Positions 37,443-48,966 of a stretch of 54,115 nucleotides of DNA are shown piece after piece (positions within the stretch are counted from its first letter, which is position 1; the number at the start of each line of letters is the position of its first letter). The stretch is from Actinomycetota bacterium (GTDB lineage Bacteria; Actinomycetota; Humimicrobiia; Humimicrobiales; Humimicrobiaceae). The notes under the pieces were generated by a model. The model had not been told where the DNA came from, ran no database searches, and saw only the letters and a list, made by a program, of their open reading frames with translations. The stretch is from NCBI GenBank assembly GCA_012837825.1, contig DUQM01000021.1, positions 1 to 54,115 of the forward strand, in the 5' to 3' direction. A program made the position numbers and the translations under genes.

Positions 37443-37863
37443 GGTAAAAATAAGACATAAAGAAGAAATAAAAGAACGGGAAAATAGTTTAACCAAAGGC
37501 TTAAAATTAGACAGGGAAAATACTACAGATATTGTCAGATATGTTGCCAGGCTTGCAGACTCCAAAGGTGCAGACTACATTAGCATACTTGAAATGAAGA
37601 ATCGTCTTATTATTACTGATTTTTTCATCATTATAGGCGCAAAAAATACGAGGCTGACATCCAGCCTTGAAGATGAAATAAAAGTAAGCCTGAAACCATT
37701 CGGGCTTTTACCTATCCGTACTTCCGGTACAATAGACGCCAACTGGATTCTTATGGATTATGATGATTTTGTCGTTCATATTTTTACCGAAGAGTTCAGG
37801 CAGTTCTATGACCTCGAAAGACTTTGGAAAGATTCGAAAACTGTTGAGTGGGAAAACCAGTAA
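37408..37863 (+). CDS. rsfS: ribosome silencing factor RsfS
   Basis: DFFIIIGAKNTR, WILMDYDDFVVHIF, YDLERLW. The start is uncertain (GTG 37408 or TTG 37417). Confidence 0.85.
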   Translation: MLYLAKIILQSEVKIRHKEEIKERENSLTKGLKLDRENTTDIVRYVARLADSKGADYISILEMKNRLIITDFFIIIGAKNTRLTSSLEDEIKVSLKPFGLLPIRTSGTIDANWILMDYDDFVVHIFTEEFRQFYDLERLWKDSKTVEWENQ

Positions 37864-37919
37864 TATCTGTGGCTGTAATCAGATAAAATTCATTTTTTAT
37901 TTAGAGAGGACTTTTTAAA

Positions 37920-40454
37920 TTGTATAATAATTTTGTTAATGAAGGGTATGACAGCAAATCAGTAGAGAAAAAATGGTTGGAAAAATGGAAGGCAGACGGT
38001 ACCAATAATCTTAAAGATCCTTCAAAGCAGGACAAATTTTACTGCCTTGAAATGTTTCCCTATCCTTCAGGAGAACCTCATATGGGTCATGCAAGAAATT
38101 ATGCCATAGGAGATGTTCTTGCAAGAATAAAAAGCAGACAAGGTTTTAATGTTCTTCATCCCATGGGTTATGATGCTTTCGGTCTCCCGGCTGAAAATGC
38201 AGCGATAAAGAGCGGTATTCATCCAAAGAAAAGCACTTTCACTAATATAAGAAAAATGGAAGAAGCTTTAATGAAAATGGGAATGACATATAACTTTGAA
38301 GAGCAGGTAATTACATGCGAGCCTGAATATTATAAATGGACCCAATGGTTTTTTCTTCTGCTTTACAAAATGGGTCTTGCAGAAAAAAAAGAAGGACTTG
38401 TAAACTGGTGCGGTTCATGTCAGACAGTTCTTGCAAACGAGCAGGTGGTGGATGGAAAGTGTGAACGATGTGACAGCGAGGTTGCAAGAAAGAATCTTTC
38501 ACAGTGGTATTTCAAAATCACCGATTACGCACAGGCCCTTCTGGATGACATGGAGCTTCTTAAAGGATGGCCTGACAAAGTTCTGACCATACAGAAAAAC
38601 TGGATTGGCAGAAGCGAGGGCGCAAAAATAAATTTCAGGCTTGATGATGAAAATGAAGAAGTTCTTATTCCTGTATTTACAACCAGGCCTGACACCATTT
38701 TCGGGGTGACTTTCTTTATATTGTCTCCGGAACACCCTCTTGTAGAAAAAATAGTGACAGATAAAGAAATCAGGAAAGAAATCGACAGATTAAAGAAACT
38801 TATATCCAAGCAGACGGATATCGAAAGAGGTTCAGTAATTGCAGAAAAGATAGGCGGGTTTACGGGAAGATATGTAATCAATCCTGTAAGCGGCGAAAAG
38901 GTTCCGGTATGGATTGCAAACTATGTTCTGTCTGATTACGGCACCGGAGCAATTATGGCAGTTCCTGCGCATGATGAAAGAGATTATGAATTTGCAAAGA
39001 AATACGGGATTCCAATAAGGGAAGTCATTTCACCGACAGGCAAAATCTCTGCTGAGATAAAGGAAGTTTTTACAGGCAAAGGCAAAATGGTTAATTCCGG
39101 CCGATTTGATGGTATGGATTCTGCGGAAGGCATAAAGGAAATAATAAAATTTGTAAATGAAAACAATATAGGAAATGCGGAAATAAATTATAAATTAAAA
39201 AACTGGCTGATAAGCAGACAGAGATACTGGGGCGCTCCGATTCCGATCATTTATTGCGAGAAATGCGGCATGGTACCCGTGCCTGAAAAAGATCTGCCTG
39301 TGATATTGCCGGAAGATGTTGATTTCAGGCCCACAGGACTTTCTCCTCTTTCTTACAGTGAAAAGTTTGTCAATACCGCATGTCCTGTCTGCGGCTCTCC
39401 GTCAAAAAGAGAGACTGATACCATGGATACTTTTGTATGCTCTTCCTGGTATTTTCTCAGGTACTGCAGTCCTTCTTATGATAAAGAAGCTTTCAGAAAA
39501 GAAGATGCGGATTACTGGATGCCTGTTGATCAGTATATAGGCGGCATAGAACATGCAACCATGCATCTTATCTATTCAAGATTTTTTACAAAAGTGCTTT
39601 TTGATGCGGGGCTTGTTAATTTCAAAGAACCTTTTATCAGATACTATCCGCATGGAGTTGTTACTCTTGGCGGACAAAAGATGTCCAAGTCCAAGGGAAA
39701 TATTATAAATCCTTCGGAAATTTATAATAAATATGGCTCAGATACTCTCAGGCTTTATATATTGTTTATCGGACCGGCTGATTCCATTGTTGACTGGAAT
39801 GACAAAGGTGTAGAAGGTTCGTACAGATTTTTAGGAAGGTTTTACAGGATAATTACTGAAAATATCAGGAAACTGGAAAAAAGCGGATTTTTAAAGAGAA
39901 ATAATGCTGCAATACAAAAAAGAACCGGGATAATTCCGGATTATCCGGACAAACCTTCAAAGGAACTTGCCAGAAAACTGCATCAGACAATTAAAAAAGT
40001 TACTGATGATATATTCAGGTTTAATTTTAATACTGCCATAAGCGCTATCATGGAGCTTATGAATTCGATAAGCCGGTATAATTCCATAAAGAATGATGAT
40101 AATTCTGACTACATGCTTCTATTTGAAACAACTGAAAAAATCATCAGGCTTATTTCGCCGATTACTCCGTTTATAGCGGAGGAACTATGGGAGAAGCTTG
40201 GCATGGAAAACAGTGTGCATAAAACTGAATGGCCGGAATATGATTCTGAACTGGCGAAAGAGGAAAAAATAACAATAGTATTCCAGGTGAATGGAAAAAT
40301 CCGGGAAAAGAAGGATTTTGCGATGGACTGCAGCGAAGAAGAAGTCAGCAGGTATGCATTTTCTTCTTCCAGAATAATGGAAAACATCGGGGATAAAAAA
40401 GTAATAAAAAAGATATTTGTCAAAAACAAGCTATATAATATTGTTGCCGGATAA
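37920..40454 (+). CDS. leuS: leucine--tRNA ligase
   Basis: FPYPSGEPHMGH (HIGH), KMSKSKGN, CP1 editing domain. Confidence 0.95.
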   Translation: MYNNFVNEGYDSKSVEKKWLEKWKADGTNNLKDPSKQDKFYCLEMFPYPSGEPHMGHARNYAIGDVLARIKSRQGFNVLHPMGYDAFGLPAENAAIKSGIHPKKSTFTNIRKMEEALMKMGMTYNFEEQVITCEPEYYKWTQWFFLLLYKMGLAEKKEGLVNWCGSCQTVLANEQVVDGKCERCDSEVARKNLSQWYFKITDYAQALLDDMELLKGWPDKVLTIQKNWIGRSEGAKINFRLDDENEEVLIPVFTTRPDTIFGVTFFILSPEHPLVEKIVTDKEIRKEIDRLKKLISKQTDIERGSVIAEKIGGFTGRYVINPVSGEKVPVWIANYVLSDYGTGAIMAVPAHDERDYEFAKKYGIPIREVISPTGKISAEIKEVFTGKGKMVNSGRFDGMDSAEGIKEIIKFVNENNIGNAEINYKLKNWLISRQRYWGAPIPIIYCEKCGMVPVPEKDLPVILPEDVDFRPTGLSPLSYSEKFVNTACPVCGSPSKRETDTMDTFVCSSWYFLRYCSPSYDKEAFRKEDADYWMPVDQYIGGIEHATMHLIYSRFFTKVLFDAGLVNFKEPFIRYYPHGVVTLGGQKMSKSKGNIINPSEIYNKYGSDTLRLYILFIGPADSIVDWNDKGVEGSYRFLGRFYRIITENIRKLEKSGFLKRNNAAIQKRTGIIPDYPDKPSKELARKLHQTIKKVTDDIFRFNFNTAISAIMELMNSISRYNSIKNDDNSDYMLLFETTEKIIRLISPITPFIAEELWEKLGMENSVHKTEWPEYDSELAKEEKITIVFQVNGKIREKKDFAMDCSEEEVSRYAFSSSRIMENIGDKKVIKKIFVKNKLYNIVAG

Positions 40455-40530
40455 GATCGAAATTTTTAATCTGATAATGGCTGGAAACTATAATTTATGG
40501 TTTTAAATATAAAAGACAGGGGATTAAAAG

Positions 40531-41352
40531 ATGAGAAAAAATAAATTGTTTATAAGTTTTTTTATTTTTATATTTATTATTATTTCAGTGCTTCCTGTGA
40601 TTTTAACCGGATGCATAGGCTCCAAACCGCCAAGATATACGATTTCAGAAACAGAAGAGAAGATTAAGGGAGAAACTGTTTACGGAGAGGAAACAGCTGA
40701 GATAAAACAGGCTGCAAGCCTGAAGACAATAACAGTTTCCAGCGAATCGGTATTAAAAATAGCCCCTAATCTTGTCGACATAGTTATTGCAGTCATAACT
40801 GAAAAACCTTCAAGCACTGAATCTGTAAATGAGAATACAATTTGGGTTCAGGGTGTAATAAATGCCGTTTCCAGCCTGGGGATAGCTGATATTGAAATAG
40901 AAACCCAGGGCTTTAATCTTAACCCTCTTTATAATTATGTGGAGAATATGCCCCCTTCAATTTATGCTTACAGGACGGTATCAAGCCTCAGAATAACTAC
41001 TGAAAGCCTTGAAAAGACAGGAGATATTATTGCTGCTGCCATTGAAGCCGGAGCAAATGAAATATCTTCAATAAATTATGATTTAAGTGAAAAACTTAAG
41101 AAAGAAACCAAAAACAGCGCTTTATCAATAGCTATGAAAGATGCCAATCTTAAAGCCGAAGCTATTGCGGAAGCAATGGCTGCAGATATAGTCGAAATAT
41201 TCTCGGTAAACGAAACAGGCACCAGCTTTATAAATCCTGTTTATTATATGAGGAAAGAGGAAGCTAATGCAGCAGACGTGGCTGCTCCCGAAATACTTCC
41301 GCAGGAGATAGAAGTAAGATCAGGGGTTGAAGTAGTTTATATATTCAGATAA
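40531..41352 (+). CDS. SIMPL/DUF541-like lipoprotein
   Basis: Lipobox LTGC after the signal peptide. The overall alpha/beta pattern and the IEVRSGVEVVY ending are typical of SIMPL proteins. Confidence 0.6.
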   Translation: MRKNKLFISFFIFIFIIISVLPVILTGCIGSKPPRYTISETEEKIKGETVYGEETAEIKQAASLKTITVSSESVLKIAPNLVDIVIAVITEKPSSTESVNENTIWVQGVINAVSSLGIADIEIETQGFNLNPLYNYVENMPPSIYAYRTVSSLRITTESLEKTGDIIAAAIEAGANEISSINYDLSEKLKKETKNSALSIAMKDANLKAEAIAEAMAADIVEIFSVNETGTSFINPVYYMRKEEANAADVAAPEILPQEIEVRSGVEVVYIFR

Positions 41353-41398
41353 TTATTTCAACTTATATATTTACATAAATACACAAATATGCTATTAT

Positions 41399-42211
41399 AT
41401 GTTTCAATTCTGTTTTACCAGATTCCGGAAATACTTTAGTTCTGTCCGGGCAGTTTTAACCAATACCGGGAAATTCAGAATGAAACCAAGGGAATTCTTA
41501 CAGAGAATACTTTTTAAATTTTTATATATAAAAAATGAAAAGCTGAAACAGTTTTTCATATCAGTTTTCTTTCTGCTGCTGATCTCTTTCATTGTTCTTG
41601 CAATAATACTTGTAAAACAGAACAGCGAAAACAGGATAAAGAAAAATATTCTCGAGGCTGTCTCAAAATCAAGGGAAAGTGATGGACAGGATATTTTTCA
41701 GGAAGAAGGCAGCCGGCCGGCTGCACAGGGAAAAGATGGGAATACATCTTCTGCCGGTCAGGAAAAAAGAACGCTTGTAGTTTTTATCTGTGGAGAGATC
41801 AGCAACCCCGGAGTTTATGAGGTTGCTGATGGTTCAAGGATAAATGATCTTATAAAAGCTGCCGGAGGAACAGGTATAAATGCCTGTCTGGAACTGATAA
41901 ATCCTGCCCAGAAACTGGTGGATGGACAAAAAGTGTATATCCCATCTGTTGAAGAAAGCAAAGATTTTGTTTTTTCCGGTGGTGAAGATAATGCAGCAAT
42001 CTGCGAAAACCATGGAACTGAAACAATAAATATCAACTATGCTTCAAAAAAAGAGCTCGAAACGCTACCTGGAATCGGAAGTGAACTTGCGTCAAGGATT
42101 ATACAATACAGGGAGATGCACGGCGGCTTTCAAAACGTAGATGAGCTCAGGAAAGTAAGCGGAATAGGCGATAAAAAATTCAGTGATATAAAAGATATGA
42201 TAACAGTCTGA
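41399..42211 (+). CDS. comEA: ComEA family DNA-binding protein
   Basis: TM, SLBB-like VFICGEISNPGVYEV, and tandem HhH INYASKKELETLPGIGSELASRII...VSGIGDKKF. The likely start is ATG 41480. Confidence 0.85.
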   Translation: MFQFCFTRFRKYFSSVRAVLTNTGKFRMKPREFLQRILFKFLYIKNEKLKQFFISVFFLLLISFIVLAIILVKQNSENRIKKNILEAVSKSRESDGQDIFQEEGSRPAAQGKDGNTSSAGQEKRTLVVFICGEISNPGVYEVADGSRINDLIKAAGGTGINACLELINPAQKLVDGQKVYIPSVEESKDFVFSGGEDNAAICENHGTETININYASKKELETLPGIGSELASRIIQYREMHGGFQNVDELRKVSGIGDKKFSDIKDMITV

Positions 42212-42264
42212 GTACCGGGGAATTTTATAAAATATTTTAAAAATCAGTTTGATCAATAAAGCAC

Positions 42265-43887
42265 TTGAGTTATCTGAGACATTCTTATTTGTTATTTTCT
42301 CTTGCGGTCATTTCAGGGATATTTATTTTCAGACAACTGTCCGGAAACATAAAAGAGAAAATTTCCGTTCTTTCATTACCGATACTAATCTCCGGTATCG
42401 TTTTTTTATTAATTTTTGCCTTTGTCATTTTCTCCGGAAAAGAAAATTTTTCAAAAAACAGATTCTCCTTTTATATATTAACGGTTTTTCTTGTGCTGCT
42501 TATGCTGCTTTCATTTTTGTCTGCAGGCCGGTCTTTTTCTTCTAAATTATTTAATCACAAGGATATCTATGAATTAATAAATAAAGACAGCCTGAGAGAA
42601 GCTTGCAGCATTGAGATATCCGGAAGGGTTGCATCTCATCCCCGTGCAGGAACCGGTAATTATTATTTTAACCTCGACAATTCTACAATTATCTTCAATG
42701 ACAGACTCTCAGACAACAGGCATTATCTTGAAAATATAAATGATATTTTTATAAGCATGGCTTCCGGGGGAAATAAAAAACCTGCCGTCATGAGGGACGA
42801 CATCATTAAAATAAGTGTAGAAGATATTAAAACATATGTCGGTAAAAAAGGAGAAAAATTATTAGTTTTCTGCACAGAAAAAGCTGAGAAGGAAAAAGCC
42901 TCTTCTTTTTTACACAAGTTTTATACTGTAAGGCAAAAAGTGTTTTTCTTTCTCTCTGAAAAATTCAGAGAGTGCTTTTCTTATAGAAATTATACATTTG
43001 CATCAGCCGTATTGCTGGGAAATCAGGAGGAATTAAGCCAGGCTCTCAGGGAATCTTTTACAAAAAGCGGCCTGTATCACATGCTTGCAATTTCGGGCCT
43101 GCATCTTTCAATTCTTTTTTCAATAATTTCTTTTTTTCTGTCGAGAGCTGATTATTTAAAATCGACAAAATTCAGAAATACCGCAAATCTTTTATGTTTT
43201 CTGCTACTTCTGGCATTTAATATTCTTGTTGGTCTGAAAGCTGCGATGATGAGGGCTTCTTTCTTTTTTATTATTTACTCTGTTTCAAGAAATTTTGGAA
43301 AATACAATCATTCTCAAAATGTACTCTGCATGACTCTTATAGCAATGCTTCTTATTAATCCGGAATTTTTGTCTGATGCAGGATTTATTCTTTCATTTGC
43401 AGCAACTGCGGGAATAATTATTGTAAGTCCGGTTATCAAAAAAATATTTTTTTTGTTTTCCGAAGGAAGACATCTGACAGGCAATTATTTTGTAAAGATA
43501 CTGATATTGAATACATCGGTTAATATCTTTATACTCCCTCTGTCATTTTATTATTTCAGAGGATATTATGTTTTATCTTTTTTATCAAATATGGTCTGTT
43601 CGCCTGTCTTTTACCTTATTCTTCTGCTTCTTTTTGCAGGTTCTGTTTTGGCATTATTCCTGCCAGCAACCGGCTATATTTTTTTAAAACCGGCTTCATT
43701 GCTCATTAGTCTGATTATTAATTTATCGAATTTTTTTTCAGAGTCTTCATTCGGTTATATCAAAACAAAATTTTTTAACAGACCCTTAAATATTTTCATT
43801 TATTACATGCTGCTTTTCATGCTTCTGCTGTCTGCAAACTATTTTTTATCTTTTAAATACAAAATGAAAGAAAAAAATGTAGTATAA
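42265..43887 (+). CDS. comEC: ComEC/Rec2 family competence channel (no metallo-beta-lactamase domain)
   Basis: SGLYHMLAISGLHLSIL competence-domain signature, and a polytopic membrane protein after comEA. Confidence 0.8.
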   Translation: MSYLRHSYLLFSLAVISGIFIFRQLSGNIKEKISVLSLPILISGIVFLLIFAFVIFSGKENFSKNRFSFYILTVFLVLLMLLSFLSAGRSFSSKLFNHKDIYELINKDSLREACSIEISGRVASHPRAGTGNYYFNLDNSTIIFNDRLSDNRHYLENINDIFISMASGGNKKPAVMRDDIIKISVEDIKTYVGKKGEKLLVFCTEKAEKEKASSFLHKFYTVRQKVFFFLSEKFRECFSYRNYTFASAVLLGNQEELSQALRESFTKSGLYHMLAISGLHLSILFSIISFFLSRADYLKSTKFRNTANLLCFLLLLAFNILVGLKAAMMRASFFFIIYSVSRNFGKYNHSQNVLCMTLIAMLLINPEFLSDAGFILSFAATAGIIIVSPVIKKIFFLFSEGRHLTGNYFVKILILNTSVNIFILPLSFYYFRGYYVLSFLSNMVCSPVFYLILLLLFAGSVLALFLPATGYIFLKPASLLISLIINLSNFFSESSFGYIKTKFFNRPLNIFIYYMLLFMLLLSANYFLSFKYKMKEKNVV

Positions 43888-43920
43888 TCTATTTGATATC
43901 TATCAAAGCAGAAAAAATAA

Positions 43921-44970
43921 ATGGAAAAATTTTTAAAAAATAAAAATCTTGAGGAATTAAAACCGATCTATCTGATTGAAAGTAGAAGCGAAAAAATAAT
44001 CGACAAGAAAATAAAGGAGATAAAAAATTATTTCAGAACCAAAATTGATGCGGTAAGCGATTTTAAATCTATTGACGAAAATGATGATGTAATAGTAAAC
44101 GATCTTTTTAATTTTTTAAGCACCCCTTCTTTTTTTTCGCTCCGGAAAGTCCTGACGGTAAAGAACGCAGATAAAGTTTCCAGAGATATTCTGTCTTTTT
44201 TATCAGACTATATAAAAACCAATCCCGGTTTTGGAAAAAATTCCATAATTTTTCTTTGCTGCAGCAATTCAAGAAAAATAATATCAATGATTCCTGAAGC
44301 AGGCGCCCGGGGTGAGCTGATCAAGATAGACAAAGCGATAAGTGAAGATTTAAAAAAAAGACTTGCTGAAAAAAACGATTTGAACAAAGTCAGGTTTACA
44401 CCGAATGCAGTAAATCTTTTTCTTGAAAATATTGGAGAAGATCCTATTTTATTTGAAAATGAATATGAAAAAATTTTATCAAATGTTTATTTTGACGATA
44501 AAAGAATAGTAAATGAAGAAAAAATAAAGTCACTTGTTTCAAGGAGTACTGAAAGCACTATCTTTGAGCTTATCGACAACATAGGCGGAAAACATTTTCC
44601 CGGAGCGGTAAACATGATACCTGATCTGATTCAGGGAAGTTCATCAGCCGATAACACATTGTTGATAACAGTAATAAGCAATTTGTACAGGATGTTTAAG
44701 GTAATGCTTTATCTTAAGTCTGAAAAAGACGGGACAGACAGCGCTGCAAAATATCTGCAGAAAAATATAAATGCAAAGCCTTATTTTATAAACATTATAA
44801 TCAGGAAGTATCAGGGATTTGAAAAAAAATACTCTTATGATGAGCTCATAAGAGTATTGGATTGCTTAAATGAGTTTGATATCAAAATAAAGTCAAAAAG
44901 CAGTTTTTCTGCAAAAGTCTATTTAAACAGTCTCATCCTGAATCTTCAGCTTATAACAGATAAAAAGTAA
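43921..44970 (+). CDS. holA: DNA polymerase III delta subunit
   Basis: Size, PIYLIES N-terminus, and the conserved comEC-holA-rpsT arrangement. The sequence itself is weakly diagnostic. Confidence 0.65.
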   Translation: MEKFLKNKNLEELKPIYLIESRSEKIIDKKIKEIKNYFRTKIDAVSDFKSIDENDDVIVNDLFNFLSTPSFFSLRKVLTVKNADKVSRDILSFLSDYIKTNPGFGKNSIIFLCCSNSRKIISMIPEAGARGELIKIDKAISEDLKKRLAEKNDLNKVRFTPNAVNLFLENIGEDPILFENEYEKILSNVYFDDKRIVNEEKIKSLVSRSTESTIFELIDNIGGKHFPGAVNMIPDLIQGSSSADNTLLITVISNLYRMFKVMLYLKSEKDGTDSAAKYLQKNINAKPYFINIIIRKYQGFEKKYSYDELIRVLDCLNEFDIKIKSKSSFSAKVYLNSLILNLQLITDKK

Positions 44971-44978
44971 TTAGATTT

Positions 44979-45254
44979 TTATTTCTCTTCTCCGGAAGCA
45001 GAATTAACAAGCTTTGCTGCTTTTGATTTTTTGTTTGCTGCAAAATTTTTGTGTACAGCACCTTTTTTAACAGCTTTGTCGAGCTTTTTGAAATAAGCGC
45101 TTAAGTTGTCCTGCAGGATCTGTGCATCTTTCTGCTCAATGTCGGCAGCTATTTTCTTTCTTGTACTCTTAATTTCTGTTCTCAAAGATTTATTTTTTAA
45201 TTCTCTTTTTATGTTCTGCCTGTCTCTTTTTTCCTGTGACTTGATATTTGGCAT
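44979..45254 (-). CDS. rpsT: 30S ribosomal protein S20
   Basis: MPNIKSQEKRDRQ. The ATG follows GGAGAA (the ORF opens at 45260). Confidence 0.95.
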   Translation of the reverse strand: MPNIKSQEKRDRQNIKRELKNKSLRTEIKSTRKKIAADIEQKDAQILQDNLSAYFKKLDKAVKKGAVHKNFAANKKSKAAKLVNSASGEEK

Positions 45255-45458
45255 TATCAATTCTCCATATTATGGTTTTTAAACAAGTGGTCATTTTAAC
45301 ATTTTTTTAAAAAAATAAAAATATTTATTTGATTAAAATACGCATATTAAAATGGTATAATACGTTATTTGCAATATAATAGCTTTAAAATGCAGGTTAA
45401 AATAAGGAAATACGGCGGAAAAACCTGATTAATATCTTATTATCCGGATTATAAATTA

Positions 45459-47033
45459 ATGGAAACCAGAGAAAAATCAGATTTAAGAAAAGGAATTTTT
45501 AATGCGACTTTTCTGGTTATGATCGCCACTCTGCTTTCTAAAGCAAGCGGACTTGTGCGCGATCAGATAACTGCCAGCTATTTTGGCATCACTTATGATA
45601 CTGATGCTTTTACATGGGCGTATTTTATACCCAATCTTTTCAGGGTGCTTTTTGCCGAATCGATTATAATTGCTGCTTTTATTCCTATATACGCGCTTTA
45701 TCTTAAAAAAAATGACAGGGATCAGCTGAATGATTTTGTTGCATCAGTCACAAATATTTTTATTGTTGTATTTACAGCCATATCACTGATTATTTTTATT
45801 TTTTCAAATCCCATCGGTTCTTTTCTTTCCGGAATATCAGGGAATAATATGGATATCGCCGGTTTTTCAATGATGAACAGGATTATGATATTTTCTCTGG
45901 TTATAATGAGCATTGCCGGACTTCTGACAAGCATTTTAAACAGTCATAACAAGTTCGTAGTCCCTGCGATAGCTCCCATGATAATGAATATAGTATCAAT
46001 AATTTTTGTTGTAGCTCTGGCAGGCAGGATAGGAATTATAAGCATGGCCATAGGAATAATAATCGGTTCTGTCCTGGAAGTCCTGATACAGCTGCCGGGG
46101 CTTAAGGGCATTGACCTGAAGTACAGGTTTAAGATAAATTTTAAAAATGATGCAGTAAAAGAAATGTTTTCAATGATGGTTCCTATAATGCTCAGTCTGG
46201 GAGCTGTGCAGATAAATAACAGTATTGATAATTTTTTTGCCTTAAATCTGGGGGCAGGAAACACAACAGCCCTGACTTTTTCATGGCGGGTGGCAAATCT
46301 GCCTCTTGGTGTTTTTTCAGTAGCAGTTATTACGGTTCTTTATCCGCTTATTTCAAAGCAGGCCGCCGATAAAAACATTACGGGATTAAAAAACAGTTTT
46401 TCCATTGCTGTAAGAGAGATAGGATACATAATGATCCCGGCCACCGCCGGTATGATAATACTTGCCGGTCCGATAATAAAAGTACTGTTTGAGAGAAATC
46501 AGTTTACTTCAATGGATACGGAGAAGGTAGCGACAATACTTGTTTTTCATTGCGCAGGACTTGTTTTTTTTGGTCTTCTAATGACTTTAAACAGGATTTT
46601 TTATTCCCTGAAAGATGTAAAAACTCCTTTGATCATTGCTCTTGCTTCTATAGCTTCCAATCTTCTGCTTGACTGGCTTTTAATGAAGGTTATGGGAATA
46701 TCAGGAATCGCATTAGCGACATCTCTGGTTGCAGGCATCAATATTGCTTTGCTTATAATTATCCTGAGAAAAAAGATAGGCTACCTGGGCGGTAAAAAAA
46801 TAATTGTTTCCTATCTGAAAATAAGCGCAGCCTCAGTTATTATGTCTGCATTTGCTTACTTTGCATGGAGACTCCTTTATGTATTTTTTGATAAAAATAA
46901 CTTTATGACAGTCCTGCTTTTATTTATAATTATTATTTTTGCAGGAGCTCTTTATATTGCCCTGACTTATGTTTTTAAAATGGAAGAAACCAATTTTATT
47001 GCAAGAACCATTAAGCAACGATTTGTAAAATGA
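45459..47033 (+). CDS. murJ: lipid II flippase MurJ
   Basis: 14-TM MOP-family profile, LLSKASGLVRDQITASYFG N-terminus. Confidence 0.85.
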   Translation: METREKSDLRKGIFNATFLVMIATLLSKASGLVRDQITASYFGITYDTDAFTWAYFIPNLFRVLFAESIIIAAFIPIYALYLKKNDRDQLNDFVASVTNIFIVVFTAISLIIFIFSNPIGSFLSGISGNNMDIAGFSMMNRIMIFSLVIMSIAGLLTSILNSHNKFVVPAIAPMIMNIVSIIFVVALAGRIGIISMAIGIIIGSVLEVLIQLPGLKGIDLKYRFKINFKNDAVKEMFSMMVPIMLSLGAVQINNSIDNFFALNLGAGNTTALTFSWRVANLPLGVFSVAVITVLYPLISKQAADKNITGLKNSFSIAVREIGYIMIPATAGMIILAGPIIKVLFERNQFTSMDTEKVATILVFHCAGLVFFGLLMTLNRIFYSLKDVKTPLIIALASIASNLLLDWLLMKVMGISGIALATSLVAGINIALLIIILRKKIGYLGGKKIIVSYLKISAASVIMSAFAYFAWRLLYVFFDKNNFMTVLLLFIIIIFAGALYIALTYVFKMEETNFIARTIKQRFVK

Positions 47034-47054
47034 GACATCTGGATAATTAAAATT

Positions 47055-48869
47055 ATGACGGAAAAGAATTATATAAGAAATTTTTCAATTATTGCCCATA
47101 TAGATCATGGAAAATCTACTCTTGCTGACAGAATACTTGAGTATACAAAAACTGTCAGTCCGAGAGATATGCTGGAGCAGTATCTTGACAATATGGATCT
47201 TGAAAGGGAAAGAGGAATAACAATAAAAGCTCATTACGTTACTGTTGTATATAAATCCAGAAAAGACGGTAAGGAATACAGATTCAATTTTATTGATACT
47301 CCGGGGCATGTGGATTTTACCTATGAAGTATCAAGAAGCCTTGCAGCCTGTGAAGGAGTTGTTCTTGTTGTCGATGCAACCCAGGGGATTCAGGCGCAAA
47401 CTCTGGCAAATGTTTATCTTGCAATGGAGAACGATCTTGAGCTGATACCTGTTATAAATAAAATAGATCTTCAAAGTTCAAGACCTGAGGAAGTGGCTGA
47501 AGAAATAGATAAAATTCTTGGAATCAGCGGGGAGAAAATTCTAAAAGTTTCGGCAAAAACAGGAGAAGGCGTGGAAGAAATACTGGAGAGTATTATAACT
47601 GATATTCCCGGACCTGGCGGAAATGAAGATGAGCCTCTCCAGGCTCTTATATTTGATTCAAATTATGATCCTTATAGAGGTGTAGTTTCTCTTATCAGGC
47701 TGATGAACGGCCGAATTGCAAAAAATATGAAGATAAGATTTATGGCAGAAGGATACTGCACCGAAGTTGAGGAAGTAGGCGTAATGGGACCGAAAATGAT
47801 TCCTGTTGACAGTCTTTCTGCCGGTGAAGTCGGATATATTGTAACCGGAATAAAGGAAGTCGACAAAATAATAGTAGGCGATACGATTACTTCTTTTGAC
47901 AATCCGACAAAGTCAAGTCTTCCCGGTTATAATAAACCAAAGCCAATGGTTTATTGCGGTCTGTATCCGATTGACGGCGATGATTATGAAAGTTTAAGGG
48001 ATGCATTAAAAAAACTTGAGCTGAACGACTCTTCCCTGATTTTCATACCTGAAGTTTCAGTTGCTCTCGGTTCAGGATACAGGGTGGGATTTCTTGGGCT
48101 TCTGCATCTTGAAATCGTTAGGGAAAGACTGGAAAGAGAATATAACCTTCATCTGCTTACAACTACCCCTAATGTAGTGTATCGGATAACCAAGACAAAT
48201 GGTGAAGTGGTTGTGGTCAAAAGTCCGGCAGATTATCCTGAAGAGGAAAAAATACAGAAAATAGAAGAGCCTTTTGTTACAGCATCTATACTTACCCCCA
48301 AAGAGTACATAGGTGAGATAATGAAGCTTTCCAATCAGAAAAGAGGGGTATATAAAGATATGAAATTTATTTCTGTTGGTAGAGTAGAGCTTCATTATGA
48401 TTTCCCTCTTTCTGAAATAATAGTTGATTTTTTTAATCTTCTGAAATCGGCAACATCAGGATTTGCATCTCTTGATTACGAATTTAAAGATTACAGAGCG
48501 TCTGAACTGGTCAGGCTGGATGTTTTGGTGGGAGGCAGCAAGGTTGAAGAATTATCTGTAATTGTGCACAAAGACAAAGCTTACTCTATTGGCAGGGAAT
48601 TTGTCAGAAAATTAAAACAGGAAATACCAAGACAGATGTTTGAAATAGCAATACAGGCAGCTATAAACAAAAGAATAATAGCCAGGGAAACGGTCTCTGC
48701 CTTAAGGAAAGATGTTACAGCGAAACTGTATGGCGGAGATGTTACCAGAAAAAACAAACTTCTGGACAAGCAGAAAAAAGGCAAGAAAAAAATGAAGAAA
48801 ATCGGCAAAGTAGAAATACCGAGTGAAGCCTTCATGAGTTTTTATAAAATTGACATAAATAACAAATAA
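47055..48869 (+). CDS. lepA: translation elongation factor 4 (LepA)
   Basis: [33 protein letters not shown], and LepA C-terminal domain. Confidence 0.95.
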   Translation: MTEKNYIRNFSIIAHIDHGKSTLADRILEYTKTVSPRDMLEQYLDNMDLERERGITIKAHYVTVVYKSRKDGKEYRFNFIDTPGHVDFTYEVSRSLAACEGVVLVVDATQGIQAQTLANVYLAMENDLELIPVINKIDLQSSRPEEVAEEIDKILGISGEKILKVSAKTGEGVEEILESIITDIPGPGGNEDEPLQALIFDSNYDPYRGVVSLIRLMNGRIAKNMKIRFMAEGYCTEVEEVGVMGPKMIPVDSLSAGEVGYIVTGIKEVDKIIVGDTITSFDNPTKSSLPGYNKPKPMVYCGLYPIDGDDYESLRDALKKLELNDSSLIFIPEVSVALGSGYRVGFLGLLHLEIVRERLEREYNLHLLTTTPNVVYRITKTNGEVVVVKSPADYPEEEKIQKIEEPFVTASILTPKEYIGEIMKLSNQKRGVYKDMKFISVGRVELHYDFPLSEIIVDFFNLLKSATSGFASLDYEFKDYRASELVRLDVLVGGSKVEELSVIVHKDKAYSIGREFVRKLKQEIPRQMFEIAIQAAINKRIIARETVSALRKDVTAKLYGGDVTRKNKLLDKQKKGKKKMKKIGKVEIPSEAFMSFYKIDINNK

Positions 48870-48966
48870 GCTTTTTATGAAGATATTTGTATGTTTTAAT
48901 TTAATTTCCATTATAATATTATTAACTGCCAGGACTTTAAAATTAAAAATACAGAAAGGCATTGGA